33,321 nt of DNA from a virus (IMGVR_UViG_3300025138_000176:1-33321), one strand, 5' to 3'. Counted from the first letter of the stretch, positions 1 through 9,206 are shown. A program made the numbers and translations. The notes: generated by a model from the letters alone, not told the origin.

Positions 1-251
1 ATGATAAGAAATATGCTTATCTTGCAGTCAATGGTGGTGGCTGCTCAGGTTTTCAATACGAGTGGAACATGACCAATGATTTGGAAAAAGGTACACTCGT
101 TGAAAACATTTTAGTGCTAGACCGAACAGCAGAAATGTTTGTCATTGGTTGCACAGTAGATTACGTAACAGAATTTGGTGGATCATACTTAAAAGTCATA
201 AATCCTAATGCAACAGCGCAATGCGGTTGTGGAGAATCTTTTGCTGTTTAG
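1..251 (+). CDS. HesB/IscA/SufA-family A-type Fe-S carrier protein (5'-truncated by window edge)
   Basis: The frame is open from base 3 and reads ...LAVNGGGCSGFQYEW...NPNATAQCGCGESF. Both the GGGCSG and CGCGESF signature motifs are present. Confidence 0.93.
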   Translation, partial: DKKYAYLAVNGGGCSGFQYEWNMTNDLEKGTLVENILVLDRTAEMFVIGCTVDYVTEFGGSYLKVINPNATAQCGCGESFAV

Positions 252-263
252 CTCATTTTTTTG

Positions 264-292
264 TGTACAAACCGCTAAAAACGTTGTATAAT
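264..292 (+). promoter_or_regulatory. sigma70-type (T4 early-like) promoter for gp43
   Basis: TGTACA-17 bp-TATAAT, preceded by the GCTCA-T-tract element seen at other promoters in the window. A GGAGG RBS precedes the ATG at 319. Confidence 0.75.
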
Positions 293-318
293 AATATTAT
301 ATTTTCGTTGGAGGTGAA

Positions 319-2805
319 ATGTCTTTTTATACTAATGTATGTCGTTATGGTAATACAGTTCTTTATCGTGGCTACAACCACGAAGCTAAACGTATTTACA
401 AACGAGATAACGAATTCAAACCTGTTTTCTTTGTTCCAAGTAAAGAAGAAAGTCAATGGAAGTCTTTAGATGGCCGTAATATTGCGCCAACTCAAATGGA
501 CAATATGCGTCATGCTAAAGAGTGGCTCGCTGCGAATAAAAACGTAGCTGGTCGTGAGGTCTACGGAAATCACAAATATCTTCAACAATATATTACTCAA
601 AAGTTTCCGCGTGATATTAAATTCAGACGTGAGTTTATTGATGTTGGTACTTTTGATATTGAAACTGAATATGAAGATGGCTTTCCAGAACCAGCTGAAG
701 CATCTCAAAGAATTCTTGCGATTACTTATAAATCAAGTAAATCTAAGCTGTATCACGTCTGGGGTTATGGCGATTTCGATATGGAAAAATCTCTCATTCA
801 ACCTGTAAGATATTATCGTTGTCGCGATGAATCAAGCCTTTTAACAAAATTTTTATCTTTTTGGTCTGATCCAGATAAAACTCCAGACGTCGTTACTGGT
901 TGGAATGTTCGATTTTTTGATATTCCATACCTAATCAATCGCACAGCTAAAATACTTGGTGTCGATGCTTGTAAAGCTTTTTCTCCATGGAGAATGATTG
1001 ATCACCGTGAAATCACACGTCGAGGTAAATCTGCTGTTGCATACGATATCAAAGGTATCGAACAACTCGATTACTTAGAACTCTTTCAAAAATTTGGTTA
1101 TTCATATGGCGCACAAGAATCGTACGCTTTGAATCATATCGCATATGTTGTTCTTGGTGAACGTAAATTATCGTTTGAAGAAGCTGGCTCTCTAAGAAAT
1201 CTATATAAATCTGATTTTCAAAAATACATAGACTATAATATGAAAGACGTTGAATTGGTTGATCGTATTGAAGAAAAGATGGGGTTGATTACTCTTGCTA
1301 TGACTATGGCCTATAAAGGTGGTGTCAACTATTCTGAAACATTTGGTGTAACGTCAATATGGGAATCAATCATTTATCGTAAACTTTTATCTGAAAAACG
1401 TGCATCACCTGTTCATAATTTGGATTCGTTAAGATCTAAGTTTGCTGGTGGTTATGTTAAAGATCCGCATGTTGGCGCGCATGATTGGGTAGTTTCTTTT
1501 GATTTAAATTCTCTATATCCAAATATTATTGTTCAATGGAATATGAGTCCTGAAACACTTGTATCTTCTGGTGAAAAAAGTGGTGTTGAACACTATATGC
1601 ATGCAGCACCGTATAATGGTGCTGAAAGTCTTGCTGCTAATGGTTCAACATATTCACACAAAGTTGAAGGTGTTATCCCAAGCATTATTGTTGATTACTA
1701 TGCTGATCGTAAATTAATTAAACAACAAATGCTTGAAGCCGAAAGTTCTTATCAAAAAGAAAAAACAGTCGCGCTTGACAAAGAAATCAATATACTTAAT
1801 AATCAGCAAATGGCCATTAAAATTCTTATGAATTCTCTATATGGCGCACTTGGTAATCAATATTTTAAATACTTTGATTTAAGGCTTGCTGAAGGTATAA
1901 CGTTGACTGGTCAATTAGCTATTCAATGGGCTGAACGCACTGTAAACAAATATATGAATGAACTACTAGGGAGTGATGACGTTGATTACGTTATTGCAAT
2001 AGATACTGATAGTCTTTATGTAAACTTTGGTCCAATGATCAAAAAGTTTGCTCCTAAGAATCCAGTTAAATTTCTTGATATGATTTGTAAAGATAAGTTT
2101 GAACCAACAATTGCAAAGTCTTATGAAAAACTTTATAACAATATGAATTGCTATAAACCGCGAATGGAAATGGGTCGTGAAGTAATCGCTGATCGTGGCA
2201 TATGGACAGCTAAAAAGCGTTACATATTGAATGTACATAATAACGAAGGTGTGCAATACGCAGAACCAAAACTCAAAATCATGGGTATTGAAGCAATCAA
2301 ATCGTCAACACCTGAAGTTGTTAGAGATAAATTCAAAGAAGTATTTAAAATTCTTGTGTCTGGTAATGAAAGCGAAACGCAAAAATATATTAGCGAGTTT
2401 AAACAATTTTTTAAATCACTACCGCCAGAGAAAATCGCGTTTCCTAGATCTGTAAGTAATATCACTATCTGGTCTGATAGAACAACAATATATAAGAAGA
2501 GTTGTCCAATCCATTGTCGTGGTTCATTACTTTTTAATAAGTATTTAAAAGAAAATAAGCTTACGAAAAAATACGAATTAATTACAAATGGTTCACGTAT
2601 TAAATTTTGTTATTTAAAAGTACCAAATCCAATACGCGAAAATGTTATAGCTTTCCCTGAAGTGCTTCCAACTGAATTCAAAATTGATAGATATGTTGAC
2701 TACGATTTGCAGTTTGAAAAAACATTTATTGAACCGTTAAAACTTATTCTAGACGCGATTGATTGGTCAACTGAACCAAGAGCAACTTTAGATGAATTTT
2801 TTTAA
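319..2805 (+). CDS. 43: Family B DNA polymerase, T4 gp43 homolog
   Basis: Exo I motif FDIET, Exo II GWNVRFFDIPY, polymerase motifs SFDLNSLYP, KILMNSLYGALG and AIDTDS, and a C-terminal clamp-binding peptide TLDEFF. Confidence 0.98.
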   Translation: MSFYTNVCRYGNTVLYRGYNHEAKRIYKRDNEFKPVFFVPSKEESQWKSLDGRNIAPTQMDNMRHAKEWLAANKNVAGREVYGNHKYLQQYITQKFPRDIKFRREFIDVGTFDIETEYEDGFPEPAEASQRILAITYKSSKSKLYHVWGYGDFDMEKSLIQPVRYYRCRDESSLLTKFLSFWSDPDKTPDVVTGWNVRFFDIPYLINRTAKILGVDACKAFSPWRMIDHREITRRGKSAVAYDIKGIEQLDYLELFQKFGYSYGAQESYALNHIAYVVLGERKLSFEEAGSLRNLYKSDFQKYIDYNMKDVELVDRIEEKMGLITLAMTMAYKGGVNYSETFGVTSIWESIIYRKLLSEKRASPVHNLDSLRSKFAGGYVKDPHVGAHDWVVSFDLNSLYPNIIVQWNMSPETLVSSGEKSGVEHYMHAAPYNGAESLAANGSTYSHKVEGVIPSIIVDYYADRKLIKQQMLEAESSYQKEKTVALDKEINILNNQQMAIKILMNSLYGALGNQYFKYFDLRLAEGITLTGQLAIQWAERTVNKYMNELLGSDDVDYVIAIDTDSLYVNFGPMIKKFAPKNPVKFLDMICKDKFEPTIAKSYEKLYNNMNCYKPRMEMGREVIADRGIWTAKKRYILNVHNNEGVQYAEPKLKIMGIEAIKSSTPEVVRDKFKEVFKILVSGNESETQKYISEFKQFFKSLPPEKIAFPRSVSNITIWSDRTTIYKKSCPIHCRGSLLFNKYLKENKLTKKYELITNGSRIKFCYLKVPNPIRENVIAFPEVLPTEFKIDRYVDYDLQFEKTFIEPLKLILDAIDWSTEPRATLDEFF

Positions 2806-2845
2806 AATAGTTGTTTACTTTCCAACAAAAGTATGGTATAATAAT
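2802..2845 (+). promoter_or_regulatory. Early-type promoter, repeat family 2 (copy 1)
   Basis: TTTACT(2814-2819)-17 bp-TATAAT(2837-2842) with extended TG. Matches 5831-5874 at 43 of 44 nt. Confidence 0.8.
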
Positions 2846-2873
2846 ATTATTAATTTAACAAAGAGGTATTTAA

Positions 2874-3290
2874 ATGAGCAGAAATTGGTTCCATGATATG
2901 GTAACTATGCATCAAAAATATGGTGTAGACAAATGGATGGAAAAAGAAAAAAATTCTGAATGGTGTAGACTGAGAACGTTTATGAATTTTAGAATTAACA
3001 TGATGCAAGAAGAACTTGATGAAACAAAAGCAGCTGTTAAAAATAAAGATCCAGAAGAAATTGTTGATGGTATAATCGATCTCTGTGTTTTTGCAATTGG
3101 CACGTTAGAAGTATTCGGTGTTGATGCTAATAAAGCTTGGGACAAAGTATATCACGCTAACATGTCGAAAGAAGTTGGTATTAAAAAAGGAAGACCTAAT
3201 CCACTTGGTTTACCAGATTTGGTAAAGCCTAAAGATTGGAAAGCTCCATCACACGAAGGTAATCATGGCAATATCTCTGACTCTTTTTAA
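2874..3290 (+). CDS. All-alpha MazG-like NTP pyrophosphohydrolase (dUTPase/dCTPase candidate)
   Basis: EELDE...EIVDGIIDL acidic motif, followed by VYHANMSK and a C-terminal LVKPKDWKAP, typical of DR2231/PRA-PH-like enzymes. Confidence 0.8.
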   Translation: MSRNWFHDMVTMHQKYGVDKWMEKEKNSEWCRLRTFMNFRINMMQEELDETKAAVKNKDPEEIVDGIIDLCVFAIGTLEVFGVDANKAWDKVYHANMSKEVGIKKGRPNPLGLPDLVKPKDWKAPSHEGNHGNISDSF

Positions 3291-4194
3291 TAATATATTC
3301 GATAATAAAACGGATAAAAGAATTGATGCAAAAGACTTTGATGCTTTTGAAGAAACTCTCTATGAGTTATCTGAAAAGCCATTTGAGACTAAAAAAGCGG
3401 CTATGCTTATGTCTCCAGCTATTTACAAAGAAAACACTACTCGATCAAACGATAATGTTATTGAATGGTCAAGTTGGTGTTGTGTTGATGTTGACGATTA
3501 TACCCCAGAAGGAGAATTAAAAGATGATTTGGTTAAACGTTTTTCTGCCTATCGTTTCGTGTGTTATAGCACTGCAAGTTCAAAAAGTGATCAACCAAAG
3601 TTTCGTCTCGTCTTTCCTCTTACAGAACCAGTTGAAAGAGACGACATTAAAAAGTTTTGGTACGCACTCCAAACAGAACTCGGAGATCTCGGAGATAGAC
3701 AAACTAAAGATTTATCTCGTATGTACTACATCCCAGGCAAATATGCTAACGCTGACAACTTTATATTCAGCCATACTGACGGTGATTCTATTATACCTTC
3801 ACGGTTAATGGCAAAACACGAAATGCCGCAAAAGGCAAACTTAAATAGTTTTTTCGATAGATTACCTGAAGCAATTCAGAATGAAATAACAAAATATCGT
3901 AAAGATAAATTAGATGCAAATTTTGAATGGTCATCGTATCATGATTGTCCATTTTGGCCTAAGCAGCTTGCAGTTGAATACACAACCATTAGTAAAACTG
4001 GTTGGTATGCTAAAATGTATGCTATTATGATTGCGGCTGCAGGTAATGCAGTTCGTAGAAAATATCCAATTACACCTGCTGAAATATCTCAGCTGTGTCG
4101 TCAATTCGATGAAGACAATGGTAATTGGTATAAAAACCGTCCACTTGATAAGGAGGCAGATCGTGCACTTGAATACGTATATAAAAAAATTTAA
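3265..4194 (+). CDS. Archaeo-eukaryotic primase (prim-pol)-like protein
   Basis: hhDhDD (CVDVDD), YSTAS...KFRLVFPL and DRQTKDLSRMYYIP resemble AEP motifs I-III. The C-terminal region looks helical. Confidence 0.65.
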   Translation: MAISLTLFNNIFDNKTDKRIDAKDFDAFEETLYELSEKPFETKKAAMLMSPAIYKENTTRSNDNVIEWSSWCCVDVDDYTPEGELKDDLVKRFSAYRFVCYSTASSKSDQPKFRLVFPLTEPVERDDIKKFWYALQTELGDLGDRQTKDLSRMYYIPGKYANADNFIFSHTDGDSIIPSRLMAKHEMPQKANLNSFFDRLPEAIQNEITKYRKDKLDANFEWSSYHDCPFWPKQLAVEYTTISKTGWYAKMYAIMIAAAGNAVRRKYPITPAEISQLCRQFDEDNGNWYKNRPLDKEADRALEYVYKKI

Positions 4195-4630
4195 TGTAAA
4201 AGATTTAAATCAAGACTTTTACTTAACACGAGCTCGTACAGAAGCTAAAAGCATTTTTGGAAAAGAAGGTCCTCGAAGAGGAAGATCATATGATGAAGTG
4301 CTTAAAAGTGTTAAATATGGCCATGCGCCTGAATGCAGGTTAATACAAGAATGTAGTTTTATTGATGACCTTAGAGAATATAAAGATCTATTACATCCCA
4401 AAACTAAAAAAGAAGTAGAAATAAAAACTGTTCCAGATGAAAGTCGTGTAAATGGAAAGCTTAACGAATGCGCAGCTAATAAAACTGAAAAAAGCAAGTT
4501 TTATCCTTATAAAGAAGGTTGGAGAAATTTCCCTGATATTGTTTATATGTTTATAGGAAATCCAAAAACAGGCGATTATCGTTTCTTTGGAGAATATAAT
4601 TGGGACGAAGTTGAAAGAAAATATGTTTAA
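4163..4630 (+). CDS. Hypothetical protein, possible PD-(D/E)xK nuclease fold
   Basis: In-frame GTG at 4163, 6 nt after AGGAGG. Weak motif E...YKDL...EVEIKT. Confidence 0.55.
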   Translation: MHLNTYIKKFNVKDLNQDFYLTRARTEAKSIFGKEGPRRGRSYDEVLKSVKYGHAPECRLIQECSFIDDLREYKDLLHPKTKKEVEIKTVPDESRVNGKLNECAANKTEKSKFYPYKEGWRNFPDIVYMFIGNPKTGDYRFFGEYNWDEVERKYV

Positions 4631-4732
4631 CAAGTTCATCATTTAATTTTATTTTTGCTCACTTTTTTGTTTACAAATGATAAGAAACATGATATAATAT
4701 ACTTATTAAAATGAAAAAAGGAAAACAAAATG
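4625..4732 (+). repeat. Promoter+RBS cassette, repeat family 1 (copy A)
   Basis: TTTACA(4670-4675)-17 bp-TATAAT(4693-4698), then AAGGA and ATG. About 62 nt from 4656 match the copy at 23377 with one mismatch; also similar to 23260-23370. Confidence 0.9.
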
Positions 4733-5083
4733 TCACAATTAGAATTATTTACAAATGACTGGGGAATTAATTCAGGTTTCAAAAATTTAGCTGATCAGCT
4801 AAACGAGCTCCTACCTTTACAAGGTAGAGTCCAATTTTCAAGATCAAAGAATAAACAATTAGAAAAGTTTAGAAAATCTCAAAACTTATTGTATGATCTC
4901 TTTAATAATGCTCTTATGAATAGAAGATCTGAATTTAAATCTTTCTTTGGTTTTGTTCCAATCAATACTTCAAGATATTCGTATCCTGTTACTGCAACCC
5001 GTTGGAAACAAGTTGAAGAAGAAATGGAAACATTGTTAACGCCAGTCATCTTATCTGCGGCTAAAGAACAAGGAATTAAATAA
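4730..5083 (+). CDS. Hypothetical early protein
   Basis: 117-aa ORF directly behind the promoter cassette and RBS. Confidence 0.8.
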   Translation: MSQLELFTNDWGINSGFKNLADQLNELLPLQGRVQFSRSKNKQLEKFRKSQNLLYDLFNNALMNRRSEFKSFFGFVPINTSRYSYPVTATRWKQVEEEMETLLTPVILSAAKEQGIK

Positions 5084-5256
5084 TGATTAATCATGAATAC
5101 AGATTAAAAAAAATAAAAATGTACTTGTTTGACGAGATCAATAGACTTGAAGCAGTCACACCAAATGATGGTGGTCTTACTAAATTTGAAGAAGGTGAAC
5201 TTGCGGTAATGAAAGATATATTTAAAAAAATTATAAGTTATCGTTATCCAGAATAA
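5083..5256 (+). CDS. Small hypothetical protein (57 aa, MINHEYRLKK...YRYPE)
   Basis: Not in the ORF track. It fills the gap exactly, with TAATG overlaps at both ends. Confidence 0.7.
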   Translation: MINHEYRLKKIKMYLFDEINRLEAVTPNDGGLTKFEEGELAVMKDIFKKIISYRYPE

Positions 5257-5834
5257 TGAAAAAGTTTTGCATTAGAACTAGTACTGTTAAATTTTTGATA
5301 CAAGAAAATTGTTATGATGAAAGCTCAACAAACAATGAAAGTGTTGTACATGATTTTTTCGAAACAGATGAGCACTTTGATTTTTTAGATATAAAAATTG
5401 GAGGAAATCCAATATGGACTTTGAAAGATTACAAACCTTTTATTGAAAGATATAAGAAAAGACCGTTAAATCGTATAAGAACTCTTCATTTTTCGAATGA
5501 ATTTAATAAAGGTGAACTTAAACCTTTATGGAATGTAGATTATTTTTATACTATTTTAGAAGAACTAGTTTCAGTAAAAGCTCCTTTGATAGTAGAAATA
5601 GACCATAAACTTAGAAATTATTTAGGTTGGTCTTTAGAATACGAAAGAATAGAAAAAATATTACGACAACATAAACATATCTTTTGTTATAGATTTTTTG
5701 TAAGTTTGCATGCTCAAAATGAATGGAAAAGTTGGGTAACAAATGATCAACAAACGCTAAGGTTTTGGATAGATGCCGAAAGTATGAGATATTATGATAA
5801 AAATAAACATTTTTTATTTGAACCACTTTATTAA
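5256..5834 (+). CDS. Hypothetical protein
   Basis: 192-aa ORF coupled to the upstream ORF; no motif recognised. Confidence 0.7.
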   Translation: MKKFCIRTSTVKFLIQENCYDESSTNNESVVHDFFETDEHFDFLDIKIGGNPIWTLKDYKPFIERYKKRPLNRIRTLHFSNEFNKGELKPLWNVDYFYTILEELVSVKAPLIVEIDHKLRNYLGWSLEYERIEKILRQHKHIFCYRFFVSLHAQNEWKSWVTNDQQTLRFWIDAESMRYYDKNKHFLFEPLY

Positions 5835-5874
5835 AATAGTTGTTTACTTTTCAACAAAAGTATGGTATAATAAT
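5831..5874 (+). promoter_or_regulatory. Early-type promoter, repeat family 2 (copy 2)
   Basis: TTTACT(5843-5848)-17 bp-TATAAT(5866-5871). It heads the operon leading into the DNA-modification genes. Confidence 0.8.
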
Positions 5875-5899
5875 AATAAAAAAGTAAGAGGAAATCTAT

Positions 5900-6088
5900 A
5901 TGCAGTTAACTAAAAAAGAAGCAAATAAAATATTTTATGCAGTAAAAGGTCATGTGATTCCAGATAACTGGAGTCAAAGAGACGTTACAAGAATGGTTGA
6001 TAGTTACACTCATAGGCTTTGGGGTAATAACGAACGTATGCCGAACACTGAAGAAACTTTTGAAAAAGCATGGAAAGAAATAATATGA
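5900..6088 (+). CDS. Hypothetical protein
   Basis: 62-aa ORF with a GAGGA RBS. Confidence 0.75.
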   Translation: MQLTKKEANKIFYAVKGHVIPDNWSQRDVTRMVDSYTHRLWGNNERMPNTEETFEKAWKEII

Positions 6089-6435
6089 AACAGTCTAACG
6101 AAAAGTATTCTTTGCAAGTTTTAAAACGCGCAGCTGATATACAAATAAAAAAATCAAATGATTATCAAAACCCAAACTCTAGAATTAAACAAGCTGATTA
6201 TTATGTACACGGCTGTAATACTATTTTAGATACAATGCATGCTAAAATTCTTCGTATGCAATCTGTCATCGAAGCAATGGAAGGTGATCCTAATTACAAA
6301 CAAAATTTTGAGTCTATCGAAGATTCATGTATTGATTTAATTAATTACGCAACTTTCTTTGCTTCATATCTTAATGGCAAAATGGAAGGCCAACATCCAG
6401 ATCGTGATTTTTTAAATAGACCAAGGAGTAAATAA
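6085..6435 (+). CDS. Nucleotide-modification-associated domain 1 (Nmad1/DUF1599-like) all-alpha NTP-PPase-like protein
   Basis: KKSNDY...AKILRM...ESIEDSCIDLINYATF pattern. Start placed at the ATGA overlap with the upstream stop. Confidence 0.65.
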   Translation: MKQSNEKYSLQVLKRAADIQIKKSNDYQNPNSRIKQADYYVHGCNTILDTMHAKILRMQSVIEAMEGDPNYKQNFESIEDSCIDLINYATFFASYLNGKMEGQHPDRDFLNRPRSK

Positions 6436-6521
6436 TGAATCCAAATCCAAATTATATTAATATGGTAATTAATTTTAGTATCCTCGGAGTTCTTATCTAC
6501 GTAGCTATGCAGGTGTCTTAA
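6435..6521 (+). CDS. 28-aa single-TM peptide (MNPNPNYINMVINFSILGVLIYVAMQVS)
   Basis: AAGGAG RBS, TAATG overlaps at both ends, hydrophobic C-terminal half. Confidence 0.6.
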   Translation: MNPNPNYINMVINFSILGVLIYVAMQVS

Positions 6522-6862
6522 TGAGAGTTGCAGTCAATGATATTGGCGGAGACGTTATAAAAGACGACGATAGATACGTTGTTAAAGATAATAAGACTCT
6601 AAATAACCTTGTGTTGAGTAGCACTGACCTTAAGTCTAAAAAATCTACTGGAGGTCACTCGCATCCTGGACAAGAAGAAGTCTATCATTTTATAAAAGGT
6701 TATGGCGAAATGGAACTTATCGATACAAACGGTAAACACCACGATCAGTATGTTAATGAAGGAGATATAGTATTAGTTCAAGACGGTTGGTTTCATCGTG
6801 TACACGCAGGACCAGATGGTTGTTATTTTGTTTGTGTATTTGATGGAAAGCGTAGTCATTAA
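6521..6862 (+). CDS. Cupin-domain protein
   Basis: GHSHPGQEEVYHFIKGYG...GDIVLVQDGWFHRV, i.e. cupin motifs 1 and 2 with the metal-binding His/Glu residues. Confidence 0.9.
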   Translation: MRVAVNDIGGDVIKDDDRYVVKDNKTLNNLVLSSTDLKSKKSTGGHSHPGQEEVYHFIKGYGEMELIDTNGKHHDQYVNEGDIVLVQDGWFHRVHAGPDGCYFVCVFDGKRSH

Positions 6863-7068
6863 TGTCTGATGTCAAGAAAAAGATTACTGAGAGAATGGAT
6901 ATTCTTCAAAGATGGATGGAAGATGACTATCATCTTAACCAACCTGAAGTTGTTGAAAAACACATTAAAACGATAACTAAATTTTGGCCTGTTATGTCTG
7001 AAGAAGATCGTGATTATACTGATGGTTGTAAATTTGCTATTGAAGAAAAGATGAGTTGGAAAAAATGA
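6862..7068 (+). CDS. Hypothetical protein
   Basis: 68-aa ORF coupled to both neighbours. Confidence 0.75.
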   Translation: MSDVKKKITERMDILQRWMEDDYHLNQPEVVEKHIKTITKFWPVMSEEDRDYTDGCKFAIEEKMSWKK

Positions 7069-7478
7069 GAATAGGTTTAACTGCATCAACATTTGATTTA
7101 CTACATGCTGGCCACGTTGAAATGTTACGTGATGCGAAAGCTCAATGTGATTATCTTATTTGCGCATTGCAAATCGATCCAAGCATTGATCGCGCTGAAA
7201 AGAATAAACCAGTTCAAAGTATTGTAGAACGATACACCCAGCTTCAAGCTGTTAGATTTGTAGATGAGATCATACCATATCTCAGCGAATTAGATCTTGA
7301 AGATATATTACAAATGAGAAAAATCGATACAAGAATTCTTGGTGTAGAATATCGCGATAAAGATTTTACAGGTAGAGATATTTGTAAAGCACGCGATATC
7401 GATTTATATTTTAATAAAAGAGATCACAGGTTTTCAACTAGTGGTTTAAGAGAAAGAGTACAAAATGCAAGTAAGTGA
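7065..7478 (+). CDS. Glycerol-3-phosphate cytidylyltransferase (TagD)-like HxGH nucleotidyltransferase
   Basis: STFDLLHAGH, ERYTQL.AVRFVDEI and a C-terminal RDHRFSTS motif. Confidence 0.88.
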   Translation: MRIGLTASTFDLLHAGHVEMLRDAKAQCDYLICALQIDPSIDRAEKNKPVQSIVERYTQLQAVRFVDEIIPYLSELDLEDILQMRKIDTRILGVEYRDKDFTGRDICKARDIDLYFNKRDHRFSTSGLRERVQNASK

Positions 7479-8148
7479 TATTCGAAACTATTTTATAAAG
7501 GAGTTAAAAGATGAAAGATTCACAACCGACAAAACTGGGCAACGTACAATTGAAATGCTTGGCAGTTCATTTAGCGCAGACGAACCTTCCATCTTCGGAG
7601 TTCCAAACGAGGAGTACATTAATGCAGAAATACTCTGGTATATGTCTCACAGCCCTAATATTAATGACATTTATAGTGGTGATCGTGAACCTCCCTTAGC
7701 ATGGAAATATAGCGCAAATAAATATGGTGAAATAAATTCAAACTATGGTCTGCTGATTTATTCTGATAAATACTTTCAGCAATATGGTATGGTACTCGAT
7801 GAGCTGATTAGAAACAAAGACAGCCGTCGAGCTTCTATGATATACCAAAGACCATCAATATGGTTGGACTATGAAGAAAATGGTAAAAACGATTTTATAT
7901 GTACTAATGCCGTTACTTATTACATTCGCGACAGTAAGCTACACGCAGTGGTTCAAATGCGCTCAAACGATGTCGTGTTCGGATATAAGAATGACTATGC
8001 TTGGCAGCTTTATGTTTTAAAACAATTAATAAAAGATTATAATGACTTTCATTCGTTATATGAAGATAGTCAAATTTCAATTGGTAATATAACTTGGCAA
8101 GTTCAAAACTTGCATGTATATGAAAAGCATTTTGATCTTGTCAAATAA
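7465..8148 (+). CDS. 42: dCMP hydroxymethylase (T4 gp42-like, thymidylate synthase superfamily)
   Basis: DFICTNAVTYYIRD...MRSNDVVFGYKNDYAWQ...NLHVYEKHF closely follows T4 gp42. It has Asp (KND) at the specificity position, which selects dCMP rather than dUMP. Confidence 0.88.
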   Translation: MQVSDIRNYFIKELKDERFTTDKTGQRTIEMLGSSFSADEPSIFGVPNEEYINAEILWYMSHSPNINDIYSGDREPPLAWKYSANKYGEINSNYGLLIYSDKYFQQYGMVLDELIRNKDSRRASMIYQRPSIWLDYEENGKNDFICTNAVTYYIRDSKLHAVVQMRSNDVVFGYKNDYAWQLYVLKQLIKDYNDFHSLYEDSQISIGNITWQVQNLHVYEKHFDLVK

Positions 8149-8575
8149 ATGGGATAAAAGATTTTTAGAACTTGCTGCGCACATTGCAAACTGGTCTAAA
8201 GATCCATCCAAAAAAATTGGAGCTGTTGCGGTAGGAGCACAAGGTCAAATCCTAGCGCAAGGCTATAACGGTTTTCCTCGAGGTATTGAAGACTCACTTG
8301 ATCGTTATGATAACCGAGAGGAAAAATACAAGCTGGTAGTCCACGCAGAAATGAATGTCATATATAATGCATCTTACAATGGTGTTTCTTTGAATGACTC
8401 GACTTTATACGTGCACGGACTTCCAGCTTGTTCTGAATGCGCTAAAGGTATAATTCAAGTTGGAATAAAAAGAGTTATTATGAATAAAAATGAAACTCCG
8501 CCTCGATGGAAAGAGTCGTGGAAAAATACCGAAAAAATGTTTATAGAAGCGGGAGTTACATATGAATTCATCTGA
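8138..8575 (+). CDS. cd: dCMP deaminase
   Basis: SKDP...GYNG...HAE.N...PACSEC zinc motif. Start uncertain (TTG 8138, or ATG 8114/8120). Confidence 0.93.
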   Translation: MSNKWDKRFLELAAHIANWSKDPSKKIGAVAVGAQGQILAQGYNGFPRGIEDSLDRYDNREEKYKLVVHAEMNVIYNASYNGVSLNDSTLYVHGLPACSECAKGIIQVGIKRVIMNKNETPPRWKESWKNTEKMFIEAGVTYEFI

Positions 8576-8939
8576 GCTTCTAATCATAGGACATAGTCCA
8601 AGTCCTTCATCTAAAGTGAGAGAAGGCAATCCAACCTTAAAAAGACTAGATCGTTGGCTCGATGCATGTGATGTAGGAATATACAGCTTTACGAATCTTC
8701 AGCCCTCTAGCTCCCTGTCTATCAAAAACCTTGAAATTAATAAAACATTATTTCATGAAATGGTAAAAAACTATAGGAAAGTTATAACTTTAGGTAAAGA
8801 AGTGAAACATTATACTAACAAAATAGGTTATAATTTTTATGAGCTTCCTCATCCTAGTCCGTTGAACAGGAATCTTAACGATAAAAAATATGAAAAAAGT
8901 GTAATTAAAGGTTTACAAACTTACCTAAACATGATATAA
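8562..8939 (+). CDS. Small uracil-DNA glycosylase superfamily protein
   Basis: LLIIGHSPS (motif A-like), FTN, VITLG and LPHPSPLN (motif B). Confidence 0.75.
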   Translation: MNSSELLIIGHSPSPSSKVREGNPTLKRLDRWLDACDVGIYSFTNLQPSSSLSIKNLEINKTLFHEMVKNYRKVITLGKEVKHYTNKIGYNFYELPHPSPLNRNLNDKKYEKSVIKGLQTYLNMI

Positions 8940-8940
8940 T
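8912..8940 (+). promoter_or_regulatory. Early-type promoter heading the glycosyltransferase operon
   Basis: TTTACA-17 bp-TATAAT followed by ATACTTATTA, as in family-1 cassettes. Confidence 0.78.
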
Positions 8941-8975
8941 ATACTTATTATAATGAAACATTGAGAGGAAATATT

Positions 8976-9206
8976 ATGATTATAAACGACCAATATAACA
9001 GACCATCTAAACTACAAGAAATCTTTGACGAGTTTCGTTCTTTAGAAACTCAAAACGATAGAATATTATTTTTTGACAATCCAGAAAATATATCTAAAAT
9101 GTCAGAATTTGACATTAAGATTGAAAATTGTAAAAAAGCGCATATCGCAGTTTGGGATAAAGCTTTCTCAAAACGACCTTGGGCTGGTCTACAACAGGAA
9201 ATATAA
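8976..9206 (+). CDS. Hypothetical protein
   Basis: GAGGA RBS, then ATG at 8976. Confidence 0.7.
   Translation: MIINDQYNRPSKLQEIFDEFRSLETQNDRILFFDNPENISKMSEFDIKIENCKKAHIAVWDKAFSKRPWAGLQQEI

Noticed and set aside
319-2805. Intron, intein or split in gp43 (also checked for uvsX, 41 and thyX)
   Set aside because: The ORFs are continuous and of ordinary length, with no homing-endonuclease or splicing motifs seen.
7465-8148. Calling this gene thymidylate synthase (thyA/td)
   Set aside because: It has Asp rather than Asn at the specificity site and gp42-like motifs, and ThyX is present separately.
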